Assembly: GCA_000182565.2 (NCBI GenBank)
Contig: KQ257451.1
Direction: 5' to 3' (one strand)
DNA length: 64,000 nt
Source: Spizellomyces punctatus DAOM BR117
Lineage: Eukaryota
The notes beneath the pieces were generated by a model, which worked only from the letters and a program-made list of their open reading frames with translations, was not told the DNA's origin and did not search any database. The translations under genes were made by a program, and so were the position numbers. This document shows, in pieces, positions 10,866-24,128 of the stretch; position 1 is the stretch's first letter, and each line of letters opens with the position of its first letter.

Positions 10866-13800
10866 CTATGCAAACTCCTCGGTCGTTGGAACGGGAGTTA
10901 TTTTCCATATCCTTTTGGCATAATCTTGAATGGATCTGCGCGATGTGTAACGTCAAAGAGACATCCAACGCGGTTCAAACGGTCAATTGCTAAATACCTA
11001 TCAGAACTGAATTTCCCCATGCTTGCAGCAGCTGTGATGCACTTCTTGGCCCATGCAGACTTGTTCTTAAAAGCTGCATCGACGCGTTCCATCGCCTCCA
11101 AGTCTGTGTACGACCAATTAATACCCAATGATACTTGAAGTTACGCTTTAAAATCAATTCAATCTTACATGGTGTAAAGTCCTTGCTTAACAAATAGTAA
11201 TCGGAGCGAAGGGTGCCTAAGATCACATTCGAATCGATAAGAGCTTCCTCCGCGGCCTTGTTACTAAAGTGCGAGCCTTACCGAGAAGAGGCTCAAATAT
11301 GACCGAGTCCCCGTAGCGACCCGATTGAATGCTTTTGATGACACCTTGAAGCTTGGCATCCATTGCGACGTTGTGATACATTTGGTGATGCCGGATGTCC
11401 TCCACCTCAGCTGTCAGAGCGCCAAAGAAAAAAATGTTGTCCTTGCCAACTTCTTCGCCGATCTCAATGTTGGCTGAACAGGAGGAAAAGTCAGTATGCA
11501 ATGGAGCCCCATAGCAATTCAATCATCAAATGTGCACCTCCATCAACCGTTCCCAGGATCAATCCTCCGTTTAGTACAAATTTCCTGCATGTTGGGAATT
11601 AGTCCGACTCGAAAACACAAGATGAAAGGAGTCCAGATTGCCCCGCGTTCCTTACATGTTAGATGTGCCCGAAGCTTCAGTTCCAGCTGTTGAGATATGC
11701 TGGGAAAGATCACTTGCCGGAATTAAGATCTCGGCAACAGAGACATTGTAGTTGGGGATAAAAATAAGCTTGAGGTATTCAGATGTCTGTGGGTCCGCAT
11801 TCACAACATTCGCCACGCTGGTGATCAGCTTGATAATGAGCTTTGCAGTGTAGTAACCTGCGCTAACGAGTGAATGGGCAACTCTTTTGACAAATTACCA
11901 TATCAGCGGAAATAACAATACTGACCTGGCGCAGCCTTGCCCGCAAAGATCACTTTTTGGAAGGACATGTGAGCGATGCTTCCATTGCCAAGCTACAGGC
12001 CATATCACATACCGACTCGCGGAACGACTTTTTCCAATTCCGCCTTGCTCATACTCTTCAGTTTCTCATACCGATGAATGACGCCAAAGATATTCATGTG
12101 CTGACGCTTATATTCGTGCAAACGCTTGCATTGCACGTCGAAAAGCGCATCAGGTGAGAGTGTCACACCGGTAACATCCTTGACATACTCTGCCAATCTG
12201 ATTTTGTTCTTGTACTTGATGTCCATGAACCTGTTCTGAAAGCCCACGTCATCGGCAAATGCTTTGATTTTGTCCAATTGAGACAAATCCTTTAACCAAG
12301 CAGTTCCCCCCAACTTCTCGGAAATGAGGGTACTCAACCCAGGGTTTGCTTGGTGCAGCCACCTTCTCGGGGTAACACCATTGGTCACGTTGACAAATTT
12401 CTCTTTACCAAAGAACTCAACGAAGTCAGCGAATATTGTTGTCTTCACAAGTTCAGAATGAAGCTCAGCAACACCGTTAACGTGATGGCTTCCGATCGCT
12501 GCAAGGTGCGCCATCCTCACATACTGAGGGTGTCCTTCTTCAATGACAGACATGCGCCGCAGCCTGTCTCTGTCACCCGGGAACAACTTTTCCACACGTT
12601 GTAGGAAGTAGAGGTTGAGCTCAAAAATAATCATCATGTGACGAGGAAGTAAGTCTGAGATCAAGGGAACTGCCCATTTCTCCAGAGCTTCGGGCAAAAC
12701 TGTGTGGTTGGTGTACGAATATGTGTGCGTCACTATATCCCATGCCTCGTCCCACGTAAGTCCCTCCTCGTCAATCAAAATTCGCTGCAGCTCGACAATG
12801 GAGAGGGTAGGATGCGTATCGTTCAATTGAATGGACACCTGCTGGGGGAATTCTGACCAAGGTCGGGATGTCTTCTTGAAACGCCGAATGATATCTTGCA
12901 ACGTTGCGGAAACAAAGAAGTACTGCTGCTTGAGACGCAGGACTTTGCCGACCATATGGTTATCGTTCGGATACAAGACACTTGTAATGTTTTCGGCTGC
13001 CTTCTGCTCCTCCACACTCTTATCATAGTTGCCCTCGTTGAAGCTGACGTAGGGACGCGTTCAGTGTTTGCAACAAAGCTACAAGACTTACATGGCAGAA
13101 ACATGAATGGGCTAACTGAGGATGGCTCACCTTGCAAAGTCAAACTCCTTCTTCGGCTTACTTGACCAGAGGCGGATGTTGATGCAATTCTTGGTTTGGA
13201 ACCCAGGAATAGGATAATCATTTGCGACCGCGACAACCTTTTCGCCTCCCTCCCATCGATACCGTGTTTGTCCACTAACGTCTACATATTTTTCAACGTA
13301 CCCGCGGAAGCGAACATCATACGAGACATCCAGACGTTGAATTTCCCACGGGTTTCCAAACGTGAGCCAGTAATCAGGGTACTCTGTTTGGTACCCATCC
13401 ACCAGCTGCATTCATGCAATATGATCACTGTTAGTATCCAAGGAGTAAAAAGCATCTGAAATTCTCTCCACCTTCTGTTGAAAGATTCCGTATTCATATC
13501 TGATCCCGTATCCCCTGGAAATCGTCAATGAGCAAGAGACACACATTCGCTTTTAAATAAAACCGCAGTGCACACCATGCAGGATAATCCAGAGTGGCCA
13601 AAGAGTCCATAAAACAAGCGGCCAATCGCCCCAAGCCCCCATTGCCCAATGCTGCATCAACCTCTTCATCGACAAGATCCTCAATTGTGAATCCAATACC
13701 ACCAATTGCGCGTTTATAGTGGTCCTTCAAATTCAAGTTCAACAAGGCATTATCAAGTGTTCGTCCGATCAGAAACTCGAGCGACATGTAATAGACGCGC

Positions 13801-14212
13801 TATTCATGGATGAGTTTGGTCCATGGGTAGTGGAGAGAGGGAACATCACAACAACAAACCTTCGGATCTTTCACACTATGGCAATGCTGTGTCGCATTCC
13901 ATCTGTCAATTAAATGGTCACGCACACTGCGGAAGGACAATAATCAACATATATCTAAGAGGCGCCACCATTAAAATTATGCTGAGCAACATAGGCCTAC
14001 CTGTGAGCGGTCGCTTGATATGCAGCAAATTGATCCATATTATAAGAGCTGCGGGCCAGGGTCTTTGTAGCATGACGTATAAAAGACTTCTGGATAGTTG
14101 CCTCATCGGTGCTCTCTTCTTTGCTAAACTCGTTCCAAATCTGCTCAGCCGCAGCCGGTGGAGCCCATGCGGGAGAATGACTCGGTCCAGTATGGCTTCT
14201 GCTTCTACTCAT
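10866..14212 (-). CDS. GPH1: Glycogen phosphorylase (multi-exon)
   Basis: [92 protein letters not shown]. Confidence 0.97.
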
Positions 14213-14398
14213 GATGAGATATGAGCACGTTCGGGTAGTTACAAAAGTTTGTTGATGAAAAAGATGCCCTGGAAAGACGGCTGGCTGCTGTGGCAGCTTC
14301 TATCGGGATGCATCACGTGATCATTGTCGCGTAATCAGTAACCGCGGGCTGCGCACCCAGAGATCATGATGATGATAAACAAAATGCAACGATTCTAT

Positions 14399-15702
14399 CT
14401 AGCGCTTCGGTGGTTCTATTGTGACGCAAAATCTATGGGCCTCAAAGTCGAATGCCTTGCTACCATCCTCGTTAAAGTGAAACTTGTCGAAGCAATCGTC
14501 ACACCACAAACACGGATCGCGATCGGCCCGCATGTCTTCAGTCGTCGCCCATCTAAAATAACGTTGGCATCTCTCCTACACGACATTAAACTTTTTCAAG
14601 CGAGACATACTCAGCTTTGTGGGAACCACAAATGTTACACAATTGATGAAACTGCAAAAGACGACTAGATGCAATCGTTTTCGGATATGCATGCAGTCGG
14701 CGATCGTCTTGCTCCGTGATCAATCTGGGAACGCGCTCTGAGATTCTTCCCAGATCTAGCGGTCTGAGCACTCTTCGTACTAACCTGACTTCCTTAAACA
14801 CCATAATATGTTCGCAATTGCCTTGATGGACAAATAGGTAGGGTGTGTTCAACCTCAGTGTAAGGTCAATGAAGCGCCGTTCAGACATCACATCCGTCAA
14901 GTAAGGCCCAATTGACGGATGCCGGCCCTCCTCTTCCGCCCATTCAATGATTGGCCTATGTTGATTATGGTCAGTTACACGGAGCTGTTGCCACCCTTTG
15001 AAATTAGCCTGCACCTGCTATAATCGGCAGCCGACGGGTTGCGGGTGTCGATATAGAACACATTCTCAATGAAAAAGTAAGATGCCGATTGTTTCACTTG
15101 CAGATTGTCAATAGGAGGATCCCAATTGTCTAGTTGTAGGAAGTCCGTAGGGCAGTAGAATGTATTCCGTAATGCTGTCAGAGGTTGCGACCCGAGAACT
15201 TGTATTTCTGCCAATGCTTGATGTCTTCCTCTGCGCGGATGGCAGAAAACTACAGATATCACAATTTCATCTAATGCTATTTTCGTGGACTCTTCTTCTG
15301 GGTCGACCGGCTAATGCAATAAAACAGGCATATCAGATATACCATCTGCATCGTTGAGAAAATTGAAAACTAGTAAATTACATCGTCCGCCATTAGCTGC
15401 TCTAAAAATCCCAATCCATTTTGACTGGCATATTCATCAAATTCTTGGAATGCTGACGGTGTCTGCGCGAAATCTTCCGACTCGTCCGTGTCAACATCCT
15501 CCTGTCCATGGGAATCCAAAGGCGAAAGAGGAAATTCGAAAACTGGAGAGGGTCTCTCTTGAACACCAGCCCGATTATCGCCGTGAGCTTCCAGTTGTGT
15601 AGCCCTGCTCTTCAGCGCATCGTCGCGAAACTGAGTGATCTTAATCGCTTTTGAGGGTGTACCATACGCTTTCTTCTTCCACTCCAGCGAGGGTCCATCC
15701 AT
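14399..15702 (-). CDS. SNAPC3: snRNA-activating protein complex subunit 3 (SNAP50)
   Basis: VLGSQPLTALRNTFYCPTD, SYFFIENVFYIDTR, RFIDLTLRLNTPYLFVHQGNCEH, C-terminal CNIC...CDDCF zinc finger. Confidence 0.9.
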
Positions 15703-15905
15703 AGCCTATATAAACAAGCTCAGGAGAAACACCAGGCGAGGCGGTTCCTGTCTCTGAATCAGCCAGGCATCCCCATAGCAAGTGTAATTGGTGGTAATTT
15801 GGGGGTTGTTGCAGAGGGACTGTGCATGATGGCACGTGAGCTTGAGCACATCTGCTGTCAAGTGCACTGACGAAGTGTTCAACCTTGTCTTTCAACACAT
15901 CGTGC

Positions 15906-18012
15906 ATGGCATCTAGTAATGAACAATCGAAACTAATCTCACCCGCGAATGCTCTGGACGCGGCATTGAACCTAGTGGGTCTGAAAACGTCGGCCGGCAA
16001 GGACCACGAGACATTCGCATCGGATGCAACATTATGCGGTTATGATCTACCGACACTTCTGGAGAAGCTTGAAAGGGCACTAGCGGCAAATCGCGAGTCG
16101 CAAGCAAGTCTTCGAAATCAACTGCGACAGATAAAAGACGCCCAGGAAAGGAAAAGTGACCTTCTGGTAGTGGCGCTATCTTCGCCGATTTGGGGATCTA
16201 CTTCTAAATTGTGTTGCCATCAGGAGCGCTTGGATAGGCCAGCGCCAGCGAAGCGAAGTGCTGCCAAGCGTGATGATATTCGAAAGAGAAGACAGAAGTA
16301 TTCTACTATTTTTGTGGATCCCAACGATGGCTCGGTATGTTCCTTGTAAGGCATGTCCTTGTGGCAGTATTTTTTTAGTTCGTACATCTGATAGAGATTT
16401 GAAACAGACTCCCGATGATAACATGGATACAGAAAAAGAGAGGAACATGTTTGGAAATCTAAAAAGAGTTGATATCCTCTACAAAGTTCCTACATGTAAG
16501 ACAGTGTTCGGTCTAGTTTATGTTGTGTTCTGGAAGTCAATCATGGATATGCGCGCGTAGGGTCTGGTGCAGAGAAACGGCTGTTGGAAGATTCTGTCGT
16601 GCGGCAGAATAAGATGAAATAGTATGTTGAATCTAATGCCGCAGGAGTGCAACCGACAATGCTCATATTACGAACAGCTTCAACCGACAAACAGGTAGAG
16701 TTGAGGTGGACCAAAAACGGCTCTCTGAAGAGATGGAAGATTTGGACTGGGAGATTATTGCTGGCTATGTATGATTTTGATGTTAACCGAAGCTACGCGG
16801 CTACTTACGACCGAGATGGAATAGGTTGGAACGCGTACGGCGAAAGACTGTCTGCGACAATGGACTGTCAATCAGCATCCTCTTATTGCCAAGAACAGGG
16901 TCTTCACTGAGGACGAGTTGGAGAAATTAGACCGAGCTGTTGCCAAATACAAAGGGCGGAACTGGGACGAGATCGCGGCCGAGGTTGGGGTATGTGCGGG
17001 GGACGGGCGAACCCTCATTTCCGGGCACACGCTTATTTGACACGTGCTAGAATGGAAGAGTAGCGATACAGTGTCTACGAGCATATCAGACCAGACTGAA
17101 ACCACACCGTGGAGGGTATGCAAGCACTTATCCCCGTTCTGCTGGTGCACAAATTGGCGTCTTACGGCTTTTTCAGGGCATGGACAGACGAAGAAGATGC
17201 ACAACTGCGGACGATTGTAGCAGAATTGAGAGTGCGTCCGTCAGATCACGGCTGCTGGACTCGTGTTGCTTCACGTATGGTGGGTCGCACTCGAAAGCAG
17301 TGCCGTCAACGATGGGAAAAGATTAGTGCGGCGAGAGTTGTCGGACCGTGGACCCAGGAAGAGGATGAGGTTAGGAGGCGCTGTACGATAGGCAACCCAT
17401 GCGGTTTTCAGTAAAATCTCATGATACTATCGTATAAGCAATTGCTCAGGGCAGTGGCAACTCATAGTGGTAACGGACGAGGAAAATGGACAAAAGTGGC
17501 TGCCGAGGTTCCTACTCGAGAACCTACACAATGTCGTGAACGATATGAGCGGTGCTTAAAGCCTGATGTCAAACGTGGTCCATGGACTACTGAGGTACCA
17601 CATAATTTAAATTGTTATGCTGAATGAGCATTTTGCTGAAGTCTGCGTCAGGAGTATGAACGTCTGAGGGTGCTAGCTATGGCGACTCTGGATCGAAGGA
17701 ACTGGGCGCAGATGGCAGCCGCCCTTGGTCGTGCTGACAGTGAAGTAGGTCTTGAGTATCCAAGTAGTTGTTTGAACACTTGGCCGACAAATCATCCTGT
17801 AGGTGAAAAGTCGATATCGGATTCTGGAGAAGAAAGGGTATTTTAATGAACCGCCTGGAGAGGAGGCTCTCAAGTACCTGAAACTGGCTGAGAGTAAGGC
17901 AGCTGTCAAACGTGAGAGAGATGAGCTTGAGCAAGAGGTTCTGGCCAAACAGCGCCGTCTTGCGCCAAGTTCTGCAGTTATGGCGACCGACACCGACCAA
18001 TTGCAACAGTGA
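15906..18012 (+). CDS. SNAPC4: Multi-Myb-repeat protein, probable SNAPc subunit 4 (SNAP190)
   Basis: N-terminal coiled coil (ALAANRESQASLRNQL), then ~4.5 Myb repeats: DWEII, FTEDELEKL..NWDEIA, WTDEEDAQL..WTRVASRMVGRTRKQCRQRW, WTKVAAEVPTREPTQCRERY..GPWTTE. Confidence 0.75.
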
Positions 18013-18268
18013 CGGGGTCATCATCTACGTGACATATCAACAGTTTCGCCGTGGTGCTACTCGTTGTCCGGAATGTATATAAGTAAGGGTCTAAATATGC
18101 TGTGGAGGCAGACTGTACGTTATGAACATGTTACTTGGGGATTTTCATATAGCATAGTGCTAGTGTATGTATATAACTGTCTATATATTTTTTACAATGG
18201 TATCGGAAAGAGTGAATTCTTCCATACTTTGAGGATACGAAGACGAAAGTTAACCGTTACACTCATGT

Positions 18269-19239
18269 TCATTGCGCCAATATTGTGACATAATCTATAC
18301 ATAGATTGAGATTGCAATGCTGCATGTGACTACAAAGAGAATGTTCAACTTACCCTCAAACCAGATTTTCCCGTCTGTAGGATCTGTGCATGCCTGGTGG
18401 CGATGTCGGATCATCAGATGGAGGCTTCTTACAGTATCACGGAGGACGTACCATAAGCATTTCGTCCATCTCTTCAGCAGTGAACGGCTCCCCTTCTGTC
18501 GTCATAAATTGACGTAACTCATCCGGGGTAAGATAGCCCTTACTGTCGGTATCCAATGCCTAGGCGATGCAAACGCCTTAGTCGTTACGTCTACTGTTAG
18601 GCATAAAGCGATCGCACACTACCAAAAATGCCCGGTACAGTTTCTTTTCAACAGGTGAGGATAGCATAAACCCTTAGGAACATTGTTTGCTAGAATGCAA
18701 AATTATTCTAGACCCACCTCCTCATCATCACGCAGCAAGTTGCTCGTCAACAATCGCAATGCAACTTTGGATAATTTATCAAACGTCACGTAACCAGCCC
18801 GTTCTTCTCCTTCCATCTTTCATAAACATTAGATCATAGCAATCTCACACAATCTTAAAAAGATCCACCATGTACCTCTGCTATCCACCCTCGAAGTTGC
18901 TCTTCGGATGGGTAGATGCCCAGAGATCGGATGATGGTGCCAACTTCCCTTGCTATTTCGTTGAAACATGAGGTGGTTAGTATATTGAAGTCAGAATCAG
19001 CAACCGTATAGCCAAAGAAGCATACAATCGCATGTTTGGTTCTCTGTCTGATCGAAGGTATCAAAAGCTAAAATCAAGTGTCAGGCAACCGTCTGTGTGG
19101 ACCCCAGTGGTCGCAAATCGTGAATATTACCCTTTTTGATCCTTTTCAGCAAAGCTTGGCGAGTCTCATCTGGAATTACAGTTTCTGCTGTAGGTTTGAA
19201 GTCTGAATTACTCTTTGCGCTTTTGATCCTTTTAGGCAT
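18269..19239 (-). CDS. EFCAB2: EF-hand protein, dynein regulatory complex subunit 8 (multi-exon)
   Basis: Spliced by eye: AFDTFD..REVGTIIRSLGIYPSEEQL, LDTDSKGYLTPDELRQFMTTEGEPFTAEEMDEML, ending DYVTILAQ*. Confidence 0.8.
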
Positions 19240-19405
19240 CTTGAACAAGGGTTAAACAACTACTCAGTACGGAGGTCGGGATTGTCGGGTAGCTAAGCAG
19301 TATTAGGTAAGCTCCCTTAAGATCAACCAGCAGCATCCTGACTTCGTTTTCGCTTCGTTTACTTTAAATACTCTAAATACATAATACTCTGGAAAGTACA
19401 TCGAC

Positions 19406-21921
19406 ATGCTACCCTCTGTCATCACCAGTAGGGCTTCAATACCCAAAGTCGGTGCCAATTTAAAAACACCGGCCCCGCCCCCACAACCTACAGAAGAGCA
19501 GATCATGAAAGGTCAGCCCTATCTCATTCCTTCTCAAATCTTCTCAAATACTTGTTATTCCAACATTACAATTATTAGGCGGTCATGCGCTACGGAAGTT
19601 GAAGAGCTACTGCGAAGAATTGTACAATATCAATGACGGTATGTGCAACTAAATCTCATTAGGGTGCTGTAGCTGACTGTGGTGGCATCAAAGATTATCG
19701 AGAAGAACTTTCCAACGCAAACGTCCTCATCCAGAAACTCATCTCACAAAAAAATAATCTGGAGGGTATGGTCCGGTGTAACGTCTCGTCCCGACAGCCG
19801 TAGTAACTCAGGTCGTCTGAAGGCGAGCTGCAGGAAAAAAATGACCGAATCGCGTTTCTTCGACAACGAGAACAGAAGGGCTTTCACGTCACTCGAACGC
19901 AGTAAGTTGAGGACAAACTTGAAGGTTTTCCGATGGCATCAGCTGATTCACTTCAAGTCTCTACCATTAAGGGAGGAAACAGAACGACTGTTACACGAAG
20001 AGATACGGAAACGACTTAAAGCGGAGGACGAGTGTTCAGAGCTCACTGCCAAAATCGAGCAAATGAAGGCAGATCATGAAACATATAGGCGGTGAGTACC
20101 GCTCAATTCCACTCCGAAACGCCATCGTTAACAGAGTTGAATTATCCAGCGGAATAGAAGCAGAAGCGCTTCAAAAAGATACACAGAAAATTGTAATAGA
20201 AGAACAGAAGAAGAAAATTGCAGAATTAGAGCTTTTCATCAAGTATATTCACATTCCCATAAGTGCAATGCGCCAGTTCTGATGCTGACTGTCACATATT
20301 AGAAACCTTGAGTTTGACTTGGACGAGCAGCGAGTGCTAACCATCAAGTTTCAACGAACGACTGGGGAGCTGGAGATGGCAATAGCGTAAGCTTTACAAC
20401 ATTGTTGCTTTTATCGTTCATAAGACTGAAGTCTACCCATATAGGGATCTCAATCGTAAACATGATGACTTGACTATCTCCGAGTCTACATTCCGGGATG
20501 AAAACTCGCAGCTGCAAAAGCGCGTAAGGTTGGTGGTAGTAGTTGCACATTACACCTGAATGTCTGTTAGCTACATGTCGCTTCAATTCGCCTTCAGGGA
20601 TCTCATGGATGCCAATAAAGAAGTAACGGCAAATTATCAAGCAGTCAAAAAGAATCAAGACCTCAAACGTAGCGAGTTTGAAGCTCTTGCTACCGAACTA
20701 GAGGAAGCCAAAAATGCATGCCAAATGGCAATTGTAAGTGTGTATGCGTTCATCAAAGAAAGATGCTCTCTATTAATTTGTATACCTTACATTACAGCGA
20801 CAAAAAAAGCAGCTTCAAAATGAACTTAATCAGCTTGTTAAGCAACGAAATGAGCTTACAGAAAGAAATAAAGCCATGGAAAACCTACTGAGTCGGAAAG
20901 AAAAGGATATTTCGGATCTGCTAACGAAAGTTAACGATACAATCAACGATTACGAGCAAAAATTGGAAAAGAAAGAGGAGCAAATGTGGGCTATGAGCTT
21001 GCAGATGACAGAGGCTGTTGGGAGGACCCGTGAGTAGCTATCGAGGTCACAGCACATACTCATCGGTTGACTAAATTCATTCATCTGCAGAGGCTCCCGA
21101 ACCGCCAAAGGACCAGAAAGGACGTACCCGCGTGGACATTGACCCAGATTTCATCGACAACATTGAAAAGAAATGGCAGAGCAGAGAGCGGAGTTTACAG
21201 GCGGAAGTTGACCGACTGGGTGAGAGCATGGCGGTGAAGGAAAAGCAAATTGAGAGTACGTGCCTGTTCCTTCTACAGCAAAGGGAGTCGTCGCCATTCA
21301 ATGAGATTCATTAGAATTGAATGCCACAATTACGGAACTCAACAAAAAGCAGTTCCAGCCAAGAATGGAGCGATTGAGAGCTATTGAGAAAGACATCAAG
21401 AACAGAATGGAGGAGTACGCTCTAGCAGAAGAGCGAATGGAGGTAGGGCCATTCAACGGAAAATGGTGGCTAAACGTGCCTTCAGCTAATGAACGAATGT
21501 TCCAGACCGGGTTCCTCTGCCCGCGAGATGTACAGCTATTCAAGCATCCAATGACCTTGATACCATGCGGGGTAAAGTGAATAATAGCAACAGCGTCCTC
21601 CTCAATGCTAACACCGAAATACAGCACACCTATTGTAAACCCTGTATCGAGTCCATCAAAGAAGAAAATTATAATGTACTTGCATGTCAAGTTTGCTCCA
21701 CCCCCGTTGAACATGTCTTCCGAAACGAACAGTTGGAGTCAGTCGAGGAGCAGTTTCAAAGGAGAAAAAACCTGACAATCTCGTTTTTGGAATGGTAGGA
21801 CTGTTACGTGCACCTTTCTACTCGGCAGGTCTAACTAACTTGGGTCTCCCCCCCCCGTAGGATCAAGTTATTGAAGGTATACTTACCATCTGATACTGAT
21901 AATCGGCCCTTATCGCAGTAA
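19406..21921 (+). CDS. Long coiled-coil protein with a C-terminal RING-like zinc finger (multi-exon)
   Basis: Glu/Lys/Gln-rich heptad exons. C-terminus FLCPRD..PMTLIPCG|HTYCKPC..CQVC..RNEQL. Confidence 0.75.
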
Positions 21922-22055
21922 ACAGCTTCATGTGTATAAAATTACTTGTTTAAAGTAGTACATTAATACATCTCATACATTAGCATATCAGCTGTTCAAT
22001 ACGCTGCAGTCCTTTTCACCACCATGTGATGTTGATGGAGTCCTATTCATCATAG

Positions 22056-22601
22056 TTATGATCGATGGGCTTGTAGCTGTAGCATATCCAACTTTGTTCC
22101 TGCAAGCTTGGAACGACATAACCAGATCAATCCTGGCATCGACGCAAAGGAAAAACTTTGCCCTTACCATATCAGTCAATACGGCGATCTTAAACTTTAG
22201 AAGTTGATTTTCAGCCTCTAAAATTCGGTTCTTTTCAGACAAATCATGTAAAGCTTGGCTGGCCCTCCCAGATCCCGCGTCGACTGGTCCATCTGGATGA
22301 TATAAAAATGACATTGATGAGCATTTGCCATATCTCAAATGCAGCCTGGTAGGTCATACCTAGCATCCATTCATTTCCCTCATAGATCAAGTGTGCTTCG
22401 CCTAATTGTAAGTGGATTGGGTCGTCATCTTGGGGTGTGAAATATGCTGGCTTTTCCTTAATGGGTGACCGTCGAAAGCTACCATTGGCCAGGATCACCA
22501 GTTAGCGGTAGCAATGCGAAAGTACCGGCACCATAAACTTTGCACACTCACCCGTCTGAAAGCCTTCGTGTGTGCTTCTTAACATTCTCCCAGGTGGACA
22601 T
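22056..22601 (-). CDS. CBY1: Chibby family basal-body protein (4 exons)
   Basis: PIHLQLGEAHLIYEGNEW and NRILEAENQLLKFKIAVLTDML resemble the two conserved Chibby blocks. Confidence 0.75.
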
Positions 22602-23467
22602 CTGTGTTTCTGGCTGACCTAGACAGAGCCGTAGGAGAAAGGTTGGCCCACTTTTGCCTCTACTGAGTCAGCACTTAGGTAACGCGTCGCGTCCGAGGAA
22701 AGTCTTCGATATTTGGCTGCTGCAGTAGGCAGGTTATGAGAATGTAAATATCTCGAATTGGAGTCGTTTTTACGTATGGACTTCACATTTTGGGTCTCCA
22801 TCGACGACGCTACATGTGGGTCTGCCCCTTGGAATGCAGGACGATATCAGATTTTGTTGATTTTAAAACGTCCTATCGCGGAAGATCTGAAATACAGTAG
22901 GTATCATGATCATCCGTCAACGTCCATCGGCAGTTTCGTTGACAATTGCACTTTTCATGACGGTAAGCAACCCAAAGGAAAAAAAAACTTGGCTTTTATC
23001 GATTCCTGCTATGCTTTAAACCAATTGTTATCATGCTAATACTGGGTGGCACGAGACAGCGTTATTTGCTTAGTTATGATACAGTTACGGAGAGATAGCG
23101 GGAGCAGAAACTCCTGTCCATCCATAAAATGCACTGACGTTTTACTGGCCTCAGTTCATCTCTTGCACCAAGAAGCATAAATATGTTCGACTGGTTTGAT
23201 CACTTCTCACTAAATATCCGCAACAGCAATAAGAATCACTTTTCCGTCCAAAAGATCAATTCAATGTACGCTGTTCCCTCGCTCTCATGTATGTTCCAGC
23301 TCCATCTCCACAATTTTAACAGTCCTCGTATCTTGTTGATGCTCGCCTGGAACACCATGAGTGGTCGCAATACATTTTCGAACCGGTTTCATAATTCAAT
23401 CCATTAATGGAGCCTGAATTCCTGTTTGTTATTGCCCATAGCACGCTAGATCTTGTTCATGCAAAGA

Positions 23468-23977
23468 ATGACCTCGGTCATTGACTCCCGAACAGCAATC
23501 CGGTGAGTATCGTGGGTCACCAGTCCCACTTTTCAGCTTGAGGTCTTACCCTCAGGCTCTAGAGTCAGCTCAACTCTCAACCGAGATGTCAAGGCGTACG
23601 GAAAACATTTCTTGACCGATGGTAACGATGAAACATGCTGGAATTCCGACCAAGGGACACCGCAGTACATTTCCATGGACTTTTCGCCGCGGAGTGTATT
23701 GGTCTCCGAACTGCGTATTATGTTCCAAGGCGGGTTTGCCGGAAAGGAATGCAAATTGGTTGGCGTGGCGGATCATAGGCGGCCAGAAGAAGAGCAGTGG
23801 GAAGACTTGCTAAATTTCTACCCAGAGGATAGCAACAGCTTGCAGGTATTTCCAATAAAGGAAGGTGCGAGTAAGCAGCCGTGGAGGAAATTGAGGGTTA
23901 TCTTCTTGAACAGTACCGATTTTTATGGTAGGGTTACCATATATCGATTAGAAGTTGTAGGGGAGGCAAATGGCTGA
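23468..23977 (+). CDS. NR2C2AP: Nuclear receptor 2C2-associated protein (galactose-binding-like fold), 2 exons
   Basis: VSSTLNRDVKAYGKHFLTDGNDETCWNSDQG, FQGGFAG, FYPEDSNSLQVF, STDFYGRVTIYRL. Confidence 0.88.
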
Positions 23978-24128
23978 ACTGTAGGTGCCATGTGCTGGCC
24001 ACTGTACCATACTGTAGATCAGAGGGTAGATTCCTCAAGAAGGATGACAAAGACAAGAGAATATTATATATATGCTGATATTTCATTACACTGGCTGTCC
24101 AAGCAATGTGATATAGAGCAGATTTTGA

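Noticed and set aside
22620-23440. Possible ncRNA or gene in the long Chibby-NR2C2AP spacer
   Set aside because: Only a short GTCAACG/CGTTGAC inverted repeat and unconvincing ORFs. No snRNA or tRNA hallmarks.
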